A stretch of 64,000 nt of DNA from an uncultured Aliarcobacter sp. (GCA_963677435.1 OY781945.1:448001-512000); one strand, 5' to 3'; positions 42,793-53,565 are shown, counted from the stretch's first letter. A program made the numbers and translations. Notes: a model not told the origin generated them from the sequence alone.

Positions 42793-43493
42793 TGAACCAA
42801 ATCATAGTTATAACTGGAACTTCTAAGGGAATTGGAAAAGTAATTTCAAACTACTATTTAGAGCAAAATGATATAGTAATTGGTTGTTCAAGAACTGAAA
42901 GTTCAATAACTCATCCAAATTATAGACATTTTTCTTTAGAAGTAAGTGATGAAAAAGCAGTTGTAAGTATGATACGAGCTATAAAAAAAGAGTTTGGCAA
43001 AATTGATATTTTGATAAATAATGCAGGAATTGCTTCAATGAATCATATTTTAACAACTTCTGTTGAGACGATTTCAAAACTTTTTAATACAAATTTTATA
43101 GGAACTTTTTTATTCACAAGGGAAGTTTCAAAAGTTATGATGAAACAAAAAAATGGAAAAATTGTAAACTTCACAACGGTTGCAACTCCACTAAGACTTG
43201 AAGGTGAAGCTGTATATGCAGCTAGTAAATCAGCTATTGAGAATTTCACTCAAACTGCTTCAAAAGAGTTAGCACCATTTAATATAACCATAAATGCCTT
43301 AGGTCCAACTCCAATAGAGACAGATTTGATAAAAGCAGTTCCAAAAAACAAAATTGAGGAACTTTTAAATAAACAAACAATTAAAAGATTTGGAACATTT
43401 GAAGATATTATAAATGTAATTGAGTTTTTTGTGGATGAAAAAAGTAAATTCATCACAGGGCAAATCATCTATCTTGGAGGAGTGAATAACTAA
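42792..43493 (+). CDS. FabG-like short-chain dehydrogenase/reductase
   Basis: TGTSKGIG, NNAG, YAASK, ITGQ. Confidence 0.9.
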   Translation: MNQIIVITGTSKGIGKVISNYYLEQNDIVIGCSRTESSITHPNYRHFSLEVSDEKAVVSMIRAIKKEFGKIDILINNAGIASMNHILTTSVETISKLFNTNFIGTFLFTREVSKVMMKQKNGKIVNFTTVATPLRLEGEAVYAASKSAIENFTQTASKELAPFNITINALGPTPIETDLIKAVPKNKIEELLNKQTIKRFGTFEDIINVIEFFVDEKSKFITGQIIYLGGVNN

Positions 43494-44830
43494 TGAACTA
43501 TTTATTTGAAAAATTCAAAGAGTTTGAAACAAAAGATGCCATTGTTGTAGATGAAATCACCTACTCTTACGCTTCATTATTAGAGCAAATAAATATATAT
43601 AAAAGCATATTAGAAAAGCAGATAAAATCCTCAAGTGTTGTGGCAATTTTAGGTGATTACTCTTTTTGTAATATTGCTTTGTTTTTTGCTTTATTTGAAA
43701 ATAAAAATATCATAGTCCCAATTACTTCAACTATTCCTAAAATCCAAGATGAATATGTAAGTGAAGCCTTTTGTGAATACACAATAAAAATAAAAGAGGG
43801 TGATTTAGATATTCAAGCCTTAGAGCAAAATGAATCACATGAGATGATAAAAAGCCTAAAAGAGAATCAAAATGCTGGTTTGATTTTGTTTTCAAGTGGA
43901 AGCACAGGTAAACCAAAAGCGATGATTCATAATCTTAATAATCTAATAAATTCATACAAAGATAAAAAAGCAAAGTCAATGAATATGTTAGTGTTTTTAA
44001 TGTTTGATCATATTGGTGGATTAAATACTTTATTTAATGCATTATGTATGGGCGCTTGTTTGATTATTCCAAAAAATAGAGATGCAAAAAATATTTGTGA
44101 ATTAATACAAAATTATAAAATTATGGTGCTTCCAAGCAGTCCTACATTTTTAAATCTGATTTTAATTTCAGGTGAACACGAAAAATATGATTTAAGCTCT
44201 TTGAGAATGATTACTTATGGAACAGAAGCAATGCCTGAATCGCTTTTGTTAAAACTAAAAGCGAGTTTTCCAAGGGTTAAATTTTTACAAACTTTTGGAA
44301 CAAGTGAAACAGGAATTAGCACAACAAGTTCAAAATCTTCAGACTCTTTATATATGAAAATTGAAGATGCAAATCAAGAGTATAAAATCGTAGAAAATGA
44401 ATTGTGGCTTAGAAGTAAAACACAAGTTTTAGGATATTTAAATGCTTCAATGGACTCTTTTACAAGTGATGGATGGTTTAAAACAGGAGATTTAGTTGAA
44501 GAGCTTGAAGATGGCTATTTAAAAATCATAGGAAGAAGTAAAGAAGTAATAAATGTAGGTGGACAAAAAGTACTTCCAGCTGAGGTTGAATCGGTGATTT
44601 TATCTATGGAAGAGATTGATGATTGTATGGTTTATTCAGAAGCAAATGTAATCACAGGTCAAACTGTGGTTTGTGATGTGGTTTTGCATGAACCAAAAGA
44701 GAATATTAAAAAAATTATAAGACTATTTTGTAAGGATAAACTTGAAACTTTTAAGATTCCTACAAAAGTAAATGTTGTTGAAAAAACAAATTTTTCTGAA
44801 CGATTTAAAAAAATTAGAAGGAAAGATTAG
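43493..44830 (+). CDS. ANL-family adenylate-forming acyl ligase
   Basis: FSSGSTGKPK, FGTSETG, GWFKTGD, GRSKEVINVGGQKV.P.EVE, KIP. Confidence 0.92.
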   Translation: MNYLFEKFKEFETKDAIVVDEITYSYASLLEQINIYKSILEKQIKSSSVVAILGDYSFCNIALFFALFENKNIIVPITSTIPKIQDEYVSEAFCEYTIKIKEGDLDIQALEQNESHEMIKSLKENQNAGLILFSSGSTGKPKAMIHNLNNLINSYKDKKAKSMNMLVFLMFDHIGGLNTLFNALCMGACLIIPKNRDAKNICELIQNYKIMVLPSSPTFLNLILISGEHEKYDLSSLRMITYGTEAMPESLLLKLKASFPRVKFLQTFGTSETGISTTSSKSSDSLYMKIEDANQEYKIVENELWLRSKTQVLGYLNASMDSFTSDGWFKTGDLVEELEDGYLKIIGRSKEVINVGGQKVLPAEVESVILSMEEIDDCMVYSEANVITGQTVVCDVVLHEPKENIKKIIRLFCKDKLETFKIPTKVNVVEKTNFSERFKKIRRKD

Positions 44831-44832
44831 AA

Positions 44833-45801
44833 TTGAAAATCTGTACAGTTGTCGTTACTTTCAATAGATATGAATTACTAAAAGAGTGTTTAGATTCATT
44901 ATTAAATCAAACTGCAAAAAATACTATTTTACTTGTTGATAATGCTTCAACTGATGGAACAGATAAAAAAATAATTGAAGATGGATATTTAGAACACACA
45001 AATATTATTTATAAAAGATTAGATAAAAATAGTGGTGGAGCGGGTGGTTTTTATTTTGGTGTTAAGTATGCTTTAGAAAATGCTTACGATTTTGTATGGC
45101 TAATGGATGATGATGCAGAACCAGAATTAAATGCTTTAGAAATTTTATTACAAAATATAGATGATAATAAATATAGTGCCTACGCACCAAAAACAATGAT
45201 TGGAACAAAAGAAAATAATGTTTTATCTACATTTGGACATAGAGGTATTTTTGATTATGAAAATTGTTTACCAGCTTTTCAAAAAGCAATAGATTTAAAA
45301 GAGTATGAAAAAAATTGCTGTGAAATTGAGATGGCTTCTTTTGTTGGGATTTTAATTCCTCTTTCTTCAATAAAAAAAATAGGCCTACCTGAAGAAAGAT
45401 TTTTCATACACCATGATGACACAGAATATAGTTTAAGATTAGTAACTTTAGGAAAAATTCTTATGGTTAATAAAAGTGTTATTTATCATAAAGAAAAACG
45501 CCAAGAAGAGAAGATTGAACGACAATTTTTATGGTTTAAAAAAAATAGAATAAAATATGAAAAACTATGGCTAAAATATTTTGGTTTACGCAATTCAGTT
45601 TTTATAGCATTTAAATATGGCAAAAGCAAAAAAGTCTATTTTCTAGCTTTTAAGTTGTATTTTGCTTTAATAAAAGATATTCTTTTATACGATGATAAAA
45701 AATACACAAGATTAGTTTTTGCTACTAACTCATTTTTTGATGGAGTTAGAGGTCATTTTGATAATGAAAAACCAACTAAAATTTTAAGAGGCAAAAAGTG
45801 A
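44833..45801 (+). CDS. GT2 glycosyltransferase, GlfT1-like probable galactofuranosyltransferase
   Basis: VVVTFNR, DNASTDG, GGAGGF, WLMDDDA, SFVG, FFIHHDDTEY; coupled to glf. Confidence 0.8.
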   Translation: MKICTVVVTFNRYELLKECLDSLLNQTAKNTILLVDNASTDGTDKKIIEDGYLEHTNIIYKRLDKNSGGAGGFYFGVKYALENAYDFVWLMDDDAEPELNALEILLQNIDDNKYSAYAPKTMIGTKENNVLSTFGHRGIFDYENCLPAFQKAIDLKEYEKNCCEIEMASFVGILIPLSSIKKIGLPEERFFIHHDDTEYSLRLVTLGKILMVNKSVIYHKEKRQEEKIERQFLWFKKNRIKYEKLWLKYFGLRNSVFIAFKYGKSKKVYFLAFKLYFALIKDILLYDDKKYTRLVFATNSFFDGVRGHFDNEKPTKILRGKK

Positions 45802-46940
45802 TAGATTACGTAATTATAGGTGCAGGACTTGCAGGTGTTGTGATGGCAGAACGAATTGCAACACAACTTAATAAAAAAGTGATAATTATAGAAAAAAGAA
45901 ATCATATAGGTGGAAATTGTTTTGATTTTAAAGATGAGAATAATATTTTAATTCACAAATATGGCCCACATTTATTTCATACAAATAATAAAGAAGTAAT
46001 AGATTATTTATCACAATTTACACAATGGGATATTTACAATCATGAAGTATTAGCCTATATTGATGGAATTAAAGTTCCAATACCTTTTAATATTAATACT
46101 TTGTATGAAGTTTTTCCCCAATCAAAAGCAAAAGCTTTAGAAGATAAATTATTGCAAACTTATGCATATAACTCAAAAATACCAATTTTAGAACTAAAAA
46201 AATCTACAGATAAAGATTTGCAATTTTTGGCTGATTTTGTTTATGAAAAAATATTTGTAAATTACACAGCAAAACAATGGGGAATGAAACCTGAAGATAT
46301 GGATGGGGCAGTAACTGCAAGAGTTCCAATTTTTGTTGGGCGTGATAATAGATATTTTAATGATAGTTATCAAAGCTTGCCTAAAAATGGTTATACAAAT
46401 ATGATTCAAAATATGTTGAATCACAAAAATATAAAACTTATGTTAAATACGGATTTCAAAGAAGTTTGTTATTTAAAAGATGAAGATTTTTATCTTTTTG
46501 GTTCAAAATTCCAAGGTCAAGTTATTTATACGGGACAAATAGATGAACTATTTGATTATAAATTTGGTGATTTACCATATAGAAGTGTGGAGATGAAATT
46601 TGAAACAGTAGAAAAAGAGTTTTATCAAGAAAAAGCAACAGTAAATTATCCTAATGATTATGACTTTACTAGAATTACTGAGTTCAAACATATTCACCCT
46701 ACAAAAAGTGATAAAACAACTATTTTAAAAGAGTATCCACAAGAGTATATTAAAAATAAAAATACTCCATATTACCCGATTTTCACCCAAGAAAATCAGT
46801 TTAGATATAATTTGTATTTACAATATGCTTCAAAATTTAATAATTTAATATTAGTTGGAAGACTTGCTGAGTATAAATATTATGACATGGATGATATTGT
46901 TGAAAGAGCATTAGAAGTTTTTAAAAAGAGTACTTTATGA
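45798..46940 (+). CDS. glf: UDP-galactopyranose mutase
   Basis: GAGLAG, HIGGN, HKYGPHLFHT, YTAKQWG, TRITEFKH, PYYP, GRLAEYKYYDMD. Confidence 0.97.
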   Translation: MIDYVIIGAGLAGVVMAERIATQLNKKVIIIEKRNHIGGNCFDFKDENNILIHKYGPHLFHTNNKEVIDYLSQFTQWDIYNHEVLAYIDGIKVPIPFNINTLYEVFPQSKAKALEDKLLQTYAYNSKIPILELKKSTDKDLQFLADFVYEKIFVNYTAKQWGMKPEDMDGAVTARVPIFVGRDNRYFNDSYQSLPKNGYTNMIQNMLNHKNIKLMLNTDFKEVCYLKDEDFYLFGSKFQGQVIYTGQIDELFDYKFGDLPYRSVEMKFETVEKEFYQEKATVNYPNDYDFTRITEFKHIHPTKSDKTTILKEYPQEYIKNKNTPYYPIFTQENQFRYNLYLQYASKFNNLILVGRLAEYKYYDMDDIVERALEVFKKSTL

Positions 46941-47950
46941 ATATATTAATAACTGGAGGGGCTGGTTATATTGGAAGTCATGTTGCAAAACAACTATTAG
47001 AAACAACGCAACATGATATAACTATATTAGATAATCTATCAACTGGTTATATTAAAACTATTCAAACACTTAAAACTATTAGAGATTTTGAATTTATTGA
47101 GTTGGATTTAAAGGAGTTTGATGCGGTAAATATACTACTTCAAACTAAATCATTTGATGTTATTATTCATTTTGCTGCAAGTAGTGTTGTTGCAGAATCA
47201 GTTGAAAATCCTTTAAAATATTATATGAATAATACAGTTAATACAACCAATTTAATTAAATGTACAAGTGAACATGGTATAAAGAAATTTATATTTTCTT
47301 CAACAGCTGCTGTATATGGTGAACCTATAGAGTGTGTAAATATTGACGAAACAACGCCAACAAATCCAATTAATCCTTATGGTATGAGTAAACTTATGAG
47401 TGAGAAAGTACTTCAAGATACAGCTTGTGTAAATTCAAATTTAAACTATATTATTTTTCGATATTTTAATGTTTCAGGTTCTGATATGTTTTATGAAAAT
47501 GAAAAATTAATGCCAAGAATAGGGGAATGTCATGAGCCAGAAACACATTTAATCCCTTTAGTGGCAAAAACAGCATTGAAAAAAAGAGCCTGTATTAATA
47601 TTTATGGGGAAGATTTTAAAACACCAGATGGAAGTTGTATACGAGATTATATCCATGTAGAAGATCTTGCAAATGCACATATTCAAGCAATTGAATATCT
47701 AGATTCCAATGAAAGTGATGTTTTTAATTTAGGTTATGGAAAAGGTTATAGTGTAAAGGAAGTTGTGAATGCTATGAAATATGCAACTAACACAGATTTT
47801 CAAGTAAAGCAAGTAGCAAGAAGAGATGGTGACCCTTCTTTTTTAGTAGCAAATAACACAAAGATTTTACAAAAAATGCACTGGAAACCGAAATATAATA
47901 ATTTGGAATTAATTTGCAAAAGCACATATGAATGGGAGAAGAATCTATGA
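46937..47950 (+). CDS. galE: UDP-glucose 4-epimerase
   Basis: TGGAGYIGSH, HFAA, FSSTAAVYG, PYGMSK, RYFN, RDYIHV. Confidence 0.94.
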   Translation: MNILITGGAGYIGSHVAKQLLETTQHDITILDNLSTGYIKTIQTLKTIRDFEFIELDLKEFDAVNILLQTKSFDVIIHFAASSVVAESVENPLKYYMNNTVNTTNLIKCTSEHGIKKFIFSSTAAVYGEPIECVNIDETTPTNPINPYGMSKLMSEKVLQDTACVNSNLNYIIFRYFNVSGSDMFYENEKLMPRIGECHEPETHLIPLVAKTALKKRACINIYGEDFKTPDGSCIRDYIHVEDLANAHIQAIEYLDSNESDVFNLGYGKGYSVKEVVNAMKYATNTDFQVKQVARRDGDPSFLVANNTKILQKMHWKPKYNNLELICKSTYEWEKNL

Positions 47951-49293
47951 AAGATTTAGGAATTGTAATTTGTAATTTCAATAAGATTGATTATTTAAGG
48001 AATTGTTTATTATCTATGAATAATGCAGATTTTAATAAAATCTCTTATGATATTATAGTTGTAGATAATGCATCAAATGATGGAAGTTGTGAAATGTTAG
48101 AATCAGAATTTCCTGATGTAATTCTTTTAAAAAATACAAAAAATATTGGTGGTGCAGGTGGTTTTGCAACAGGCATGAACTATGTCTTAAGAAATAAATA
48201 TCGCTATCTTAGTATATTAGATAATGATACAAGAGCAGATTCAAAAGCATTTATAAATTTAAAGAAATATTTAGATAAAAATCCAAATGTAGGCGTTGTT
48301 GGTGCAACAATTATGCAAATGGATGAACCTGAAAGAATTCAAGAAATGGGCGCTCTTTTAGATTATAAAGAATTTGAATTTACACTTAATTATAATGATA
48401 GAATTATTGATGATTCAATACCAGAAATTGTTGAGTGTGATTATGTTCCTGCATGTTGTTTTATGACTAGATTAGATGTACTTAAAAAAGTTGGAGTATT
48501 CGATGAAACATATTTTATATATTGGGATGACATTGATTGGTGTACAAGAGTTAAAAATATAGGATATGACATACACTCTATTTCCTCATCAAGAATTTGG
48601 CATAAAGGAGGAGCAAAATTGGCAATTAACACCTTCCCAACATATTTTTATTATAGAAATTTGATTCGTTTTTTCATAAAAAATATTGATGAAAATAAAA
48701 TTGAATATATGGCAGAAAAAATAAGTAGTTTAGCTTCAAAAATTTATTTTTATAATGATTTAAAGAGTGAATATAGTCATACAATTGCATTTTTAATGGG
48801 AATTGATGATGCTTATGCAAATAATATCGGTCCAAAATGGGATGCTGTGATACCAAGAATTAGAAAAGAAAATCTATTGTATACAAGATGTCAAGGTAAG
48901 AAAATAGCTTTATTTGATTGTGAAAATTTCTTAAAATTGAAACCAATAATTAAAAATCTAATTTCAATAGATGCAAAGATTACATTGTATATAAAATATA
49001 ATAACAAAAACTATTTAGAGAAATATTTTCCAATGATTGATATAAAAGAGTATAAAGATTATTTATTAGACAAAAATAATTTTGATTTTACGATTCAATC
49101 ACTAACTCATATATCTGATACTGAAATAAAAGATAAAACTATTTATTATTTAGATGCATATAGTAATTACTTAATGGATGAAATTGATTTTGAGAATCTT
49201 GAGAAATTTTATGTATTTAAAGAATCTTTTAATTCAGTTTACAAAGAAATTTTTTACATTAAGTTTTTAAACTTGAAAAGAATGATTAAATGA
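47947..49293 (+). CDS. GT2 glycosyltransferase with C-terminal extension
   Basis: VDNASNDGS, GGAGGF, LDND, FIYWDDIDW, WHK; start set at the ATGA overlap with galE. Confidence 0.88.
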   Translation: MKDLGIVICNFNKIDYLRNCLLSMNNADFNKISYDIIVVDNASNDGSCEMLESEFPDVILLKNTKNIGGAGGFATGMNYVLRNKYRYLSILDNDTRADSKAFINLKKYLDKNPNVGVVGATIMQMDEPERIQEMGALLDYKEFEFTLNYNDRIIDDSIPEIVECDYVPACCFMTRLDVLKKVGVFDETYFIYWDDIDWCTRVKNIGYDIHSISSSRIWHKGGAKLAINTFPTYFYYRNLIRFFIKNIDENKIEYMAEKISSLASKIYFYNDLKSEYSHTIAFLMGIDDAYANNIGPKWDAVIPRIRKENLLYTRCQGKKIALFDCENFLKLKPIIKNLISIDAKITLYIKYNNKNYLEKYFPMIDIKEYKDYLLDKNNFDFTIQSLTHISDTEIKDKTIYYLDAYSNYLMDEIDFENLEKFYVFKESFNSVYKEIFYIKFLNLKRMIK

Positions 49294-51566
49294 AAAATAA
49301 ATCGGATGATTATTCTTTATTAGAAAAACAGTTTTTCCGATATTTAAAAAATCCAGATGTAAAAGTAATATCTTTTGATATCTTTGATACTTTATTTTTT
49401 AGAAAAGTCAATTCTCCAATAGCTGTATTTTCTATTTTAGCAGAATATACTTATGTGAAAGAATTATTTCCTAAGAACTCCTTTACTTACTATCGTCAAG
49501 AAGCGCATAAAAGTGCTTTAAAAAGGCATAAAAAAGAAGAAGTAACTATACATGATATATATGATGAATTTCTTTATTTAACAAAAAAACAGAAGAGTAA
49601 ATTAATTAATTTAGAACTTGAAGAGGAAAGAAATCAGCTTATATTGAATGAATATATGCAAGATTGGATAAAACTAGCTTTAAAAAACAATAAAGAAGTA
49701 ATTGCTATTTCTGATATGTATTTATCTACTGAAGAATTGAACTTAATTGCAATTTCAAAACTTAGTAAAGAAGCTAAGATTAGCAAAGTTTATGTATCTT
49801 CAGAAGCTAAAAAAAGTAAATATTCGGGAACTTTATTTGAAATGGTAATGGATGAACTAGAGCTTCAACCTCAAGAGATTTTACATATAGGAGACAATGA
49901 AAGAAATGACATAAAAATACCTAAAAGTTTAGGAATAAATACAATTTATTATAAAAAATTTGAAGATAAGATTGAACAAAATTATATCAATGAATTTTAC
50001 CCTAAAAAATTAAATATGATTAGAAGCTTAAGTATAAATTGTAATTTATATTTAAATAATAAAGATAGATTCTTTTATGAATTTGGGTGTAATATTTTTG
50101 GCCCTTTATTATGGTCTTTTTCTTCGTATATATTAAAATCATCAAAAATATTAGAAACAACACAGATTAATTTTATTATGAGAGAGGGTAAAATATTTAA
50201 GAAATATTTTAATAAATTTTTAGAGTTTTTGAATCTAGAAAAAGAGTATGATTTGAATACAATTTGTGCATCTAGAAAATCTATATATCTTGCTATGTTA
50301 GATGAGAATAATATAAAAATTGATAAAAATGATTTCTTGAGTTTTAGGGAAGTATCTCTTGAAAGTTTTTTTAGAATTTTTGGAATAGAAATTTTAAATG
50401 ATGAATTAAAGAATTATAAAGGAGATACTATTTCAAAACTAAGTAATAATGAAGAGTTCTATAATAAAATTAATATTGATATCAGTATACAAGAAAATAA
50501 AATAAAAAATAAAATATCAGAAAGTAAGAAATATTTTAAAGAATATATAACTCAATGTGATTTAAAAAAAGGTAGTTTACTAATTGATTTTGGGAGTTCG
50601 GGAAGTGTAAATCAAGCGATTAATAAATTTGCTTTGGAAAAAGAATTCAATCATTTATTATTGTATAGTTCGATTTATGCCTATAAAAGATTAGATTTAA
50701 GACTTGATTCTTTTTTGTCTTTAAATGATATAAATAAAAAAGATAGTATTTTCATAAGACGATATGCGGAAGTTTTTGAAATACTTTTAAATGGTCTTGA
50801 GAATACAACTTTAGAGTACCATAAAAACACAGAAATTGAACCTGTAAAGAGTGAAATAGCATTTTCTAATGAATTTAAGTCAACTATAGCTTCTTTTGAA
50901 AAAGGAATAGATACTTTTTTTGAAATGGCATATAAATATAAATTTAAAAATGCTTCTAGCTCATTTCTGTTTAAAATGCTTTCAAGAGTTTTAGAATTAC
51001 CAACTAAAGAAGAAACAAAATATTTAGGGAATTTACCTATTGAGTTAAATTATGATGGTAATGTTCAAACAACTTTAATAAATGAAGAGAATGAATATAT
51101 CATAAATCATCTAGGTGTTGATAGTATATTAGATGAATTTTATTTAGATAATGAAAGTAATATTAAACAGTTTCCCTGGTTACATGGAACTATTTCAAAG
51201 ATTTATGAAGATTATTTTAGAAATAGACAATTTAGTGAGGAAACAGATATTTTAGAACTAGCCCAAAAAAAAATACTTTTTAAGCTATATAAAGAAAATA
51301 TTAAAGAATTGTCAATATATGGTTCCGGTGAACTTTTTAAATTATTACATGATAAGTTAATTGAAAAAGGTATCAAAATTAATTATTTAATTGATTCATT
51401 TATTAGTGAAACACAGCAAAAGTATATTGATGGATATTTAGTTATAAATCTAGAAGAGGCTGTTAAAAAAGGTGAAAAAAATATTTTGATAACTTCAGTC
51501 TCATATAAAGATGAGATGATAAGAAAAGTTAGTTCTTATTCAAATCTATCTTATATTAGTTGTTAG
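49290..51566 (+). CDS. HAD phosphatase plus PRT-like domain protein, probable ribofuranosyltransferase
   Basis: HAD motifs SFDIFDTL, ISDMY, HIGDN..ND; then FGPLL, FIMREG, ASRKS and LIDFGSSGS (PRPP-loop-like); extra C-terminal Rossmann-like domain. Confidence 0.7.
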   Translation: MKNKSDDYSLLEKQFFRYLKNPDVKVISFDIFDTLFFRKVNSPIAVFSILAEYTYVKELFPKNSFTYYRQEAHKSALKRHKKEEVTIHDIYDEFLYLTKKQKSKLINLELEEERNQLILNEYMQDWIKLALKNNKEVIAISDMYLSTEELNLIAISKLSKEAKISKVYVSSEAKKSKYSGTLFEMVMDELELQPQEILHIGDNERNDIKIPKSLGINTIYYKKFEDKIEQNYINEFYPKKLNMIRSLSINCNLYLNNKDRFFYEFGCNIFGPLLWSFSSYILKSSKILETTQINFIMREGKIFKKYFNKFLEFLNLEKEYDLNTICASRKSIYLAMLDENNIKIDKNDFLSFREVSLESFFRIFGIEILNDELKNYKGDTISKLSNNEEFYNKINIDISIQENKIKNKISESKKYFKEYITQCDLKKGSLLIDFGSSGSVNQAINKFALEKEFNHLLLYSSIYAYKRLDLRLDSFLSLNDINKKDSIFIRRYAEVFEILLNGLENTTLEYHKNTEIEPVKSEIAFSNEFKSTIASFEKGIDTFFEMAYKYKFKNASSSFLFKMLSRVLELPTKEETKYLGNLPIELNYDGNVQTTLINEENEYIINHLGVDSILDEFYLDNESNIKQFPWLHGTISKIYEDYFRNRQFSEETDILELAQKKILFKLYKENIKELSIYGSGELFKLLHDKLIEKGIKINYLIDSFISETQQKYIDGYLVINLEEAVKKGEKNILITSVSYKDEMIRKVSSYSNLSYISC

Positions 51567-52776
51567 TAAGGATTGATGAATAAAATTCCAAATGATTTTC
51601 TAAAAATATTGTATGAGTAAATTTATTTTTAGCCATTTCTCTAGCATTCTTACTGAATATTGTTAATTGTTTATTTAAATAAATTTCTTCAATCTTTTGA
51701 GCTAAAAATTTTGTATCTTTATTTTCTACTAAATATCCGTTGATATTTTGTTGAATCATTTCTGGAATTCCTCCTGTTGTAAATCCAAAAGTTGGAGTTC
51801 CTGATGCCATAGTCTCAAGGACAACAAGAGGCAAGTTATCTGAGAGAGAACAATTAATAAAAATATCTGCAGCACTATATAACTTGTTTAATTCAGTATA
51901 ATTATCAATATAACCTGAAGAAAAATAATCTATTTTAGTAAGTAAATCTTTTGTCATATTATCTATATTACCAACAAGTATTAAAAATGGATTTAAATGA
52001 TTAATCTCATTTATAACTTTAATTGCATAATCAAAACCTTTTCGTGGGTCTTGAATACTATGTGCGGTAAGTAATATCGTAAGCCTTTTTTCTGGTATAT
52101 TCAAATTCTCTTTAGAAATTTTTTTATCCAAAAATTTATATATATTGATATCTACACCATTTGGAATAATCGTAGGGATTTTCTTTATAATCGTATTATG
52201 AGTAGATAAATTGGCTAACCATTTTGATGGTGACACTAAATGAATGTTTTTTTTATGAAGTTTAGATTTAATTCTTAAATATAAAAAAGCTAAATCAAAT
52301 TTCCCCCCCATAGGCCAACTACTCTTTTGAAAACAGTTCTTACAGTTTATTTTGTATTTAGTACAATTCATTGGATAAATACAACCTCCTGTGAAAACAG
52401 AGCAATCATGCATTGTCCAAATAACAGGCAATTTATTAGATAAATACATCAATGTAAAAGGAGAAATAGCTGATGATAAATCATGAAAATGAATTAAGTC
52501 ATAATTGTGTTTTTTGATTTCATCAAGTAAATGGAAAAGTTCAAATGGAATTATTTCTTGAAAACCTAAATATTTTAATTTATAATAAACTTTTTTAGCA
52601 ATTTTTTCCCATTTTCCATAGACACTGGTAGAATTTTTAGTATAGCCATTTGCTAAATCTCTTCTGTAATGATGTGCAAAATGACCATTTTCATTTAATA
52701 AAGTTGTTAAATCTTCAGCAACTTTACTAGCTCCACCACCAAACCGATTACTTTTACTTACTATTGCAATTTTCAT
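51556..52776 (-). CDS. GT4 glycosyltransferase (WcaC-like)
   Basis: GGA, IWTMHD...TGGC, VSPSKWL, IPNGVD, DPRKG, SLSDNLPLVVLETMASGTP, GGIPEM. Confidence 0.9.
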   Translation of the reverse strand: MKIAIVSKSNRFGGGASKVAEDLTTLLNENGHFAHHYRRDLANGYTKNSTSVYGKWEKIAKKVYYKLKYLGFQEIIPFELFHLLDEIKKHNYDLIHFHDLSSAISPFTLMYLSNKLPVIWTMHDCSVFTGGCIYPMNCTKYKINCKNCFQKSSWPMGGKFDLAFLYLRIKSKLHKKNIHLVSPSKWLANLSTHNTIIKKIPTIIPNGVDINIYKFLDKKISKENLNIPEKRLTILLTAHSIQDPRKGFDYAIKVINEINHLNPFLILVGNIDNMTKDLLTKIDYFSSGYIDNYTELNKLYSAADIFINCSLSDNLPLVVLETMASGTPTFGFTTGGIPEMIQQNINGYLVENKDTKFLAQKIEEIYLNKQLTIFSKNAREMAKNKFTHTIFLENHLEFYSSILTNN

Positions 52777-52778
52777 AA

Positions 52779-53504
52779 TTATTTATAGATGGAATAAATC
52801 TTAGAAAACAATTTTGCTTCATCCATAAATCTGTCATTTTTAAAAATAATGGGTTCTTTATCAAATTTTGAACCTTTTTTACATATAGTTGAAATACAAT
52901 CAATTAAAAATGGTTCATTATCCCAGTTAATTAATTCTTGAACAATGCAATTTAGATTATTTTCTTTTGCATAAGTTGAAATCTTTTGATAATCTACACT
53001 GGTATCTCGAACATGAGTTGAATAATTTTTAAAAAAATTCAAATTTGAATGATGTATAAATGCTACACCATTTTCATTAAGTTTTTTACCGATTTCTTTA
53101 ATATAACTTTTCATGGTTTCATCATTTGCATGAACTAAAGAATCAAATGAAAAAATAAAATCCATGCTATTATTTTCAATCACATCTAAAGTTAATCCAT
53201 CATTTGTATAATAGAATATATTTGAAGAGCTAATGAATTTAGTTTTACATTTTTCGATACATTTTTCTGATAAATCAACAATATGAAGTTCTTCACAAGA
53301 ATTCTTTAGAAATCTTGTCCATCTACCGAATCCTGGAGCTATTTCTAATATCTTTTTAGCAGGAATAAAAGTATTGATTCTAGGTAAAATTGAAGCATAC
53401 CATTGCATTCTTGAATTTCCCCATGGTTTTGACCATTCATCGCCATCTTCAGGCCAAGAATAAGTTTCATTGTATATTTTTAGATTCTCTTCAATTGTTG
53501 CCAT
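52779..53504 (-). CDS. Class I SAM-dependent methyltransferase
   Basis: ILEIAPGFGRWT, IVDLSE, DFIFSFDSLVH, LNENG. Confidence 0.88.
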   Translation of the reverse strand: MATIEENLKIYNETYSWPEDGDEWSKPWGNSRMQWYASILPRINTFIPAKKILEIAPGFGRWTRFLKNSCEELHIVDLSEKCIEKCKTKFISSSNIFYYTNDGLTLDVIENNSMDFIFSFDSLVHANDETMKSYIKEIGKKLNENGVAFIHHSNLNFFKNYSTHVRDTSVDYQKISTYAKENNLNCIVQELINWDNEPFLIDCISTICKKGSKFDKEPIIFKNDRFMDEAKLFSKIYSIYK

Positions 53505-53565
53505 ATATTTTCCATAAGTTTTTTTGATAGTACAATATTTTTAATAAGATAAGGATAAAATTAAT

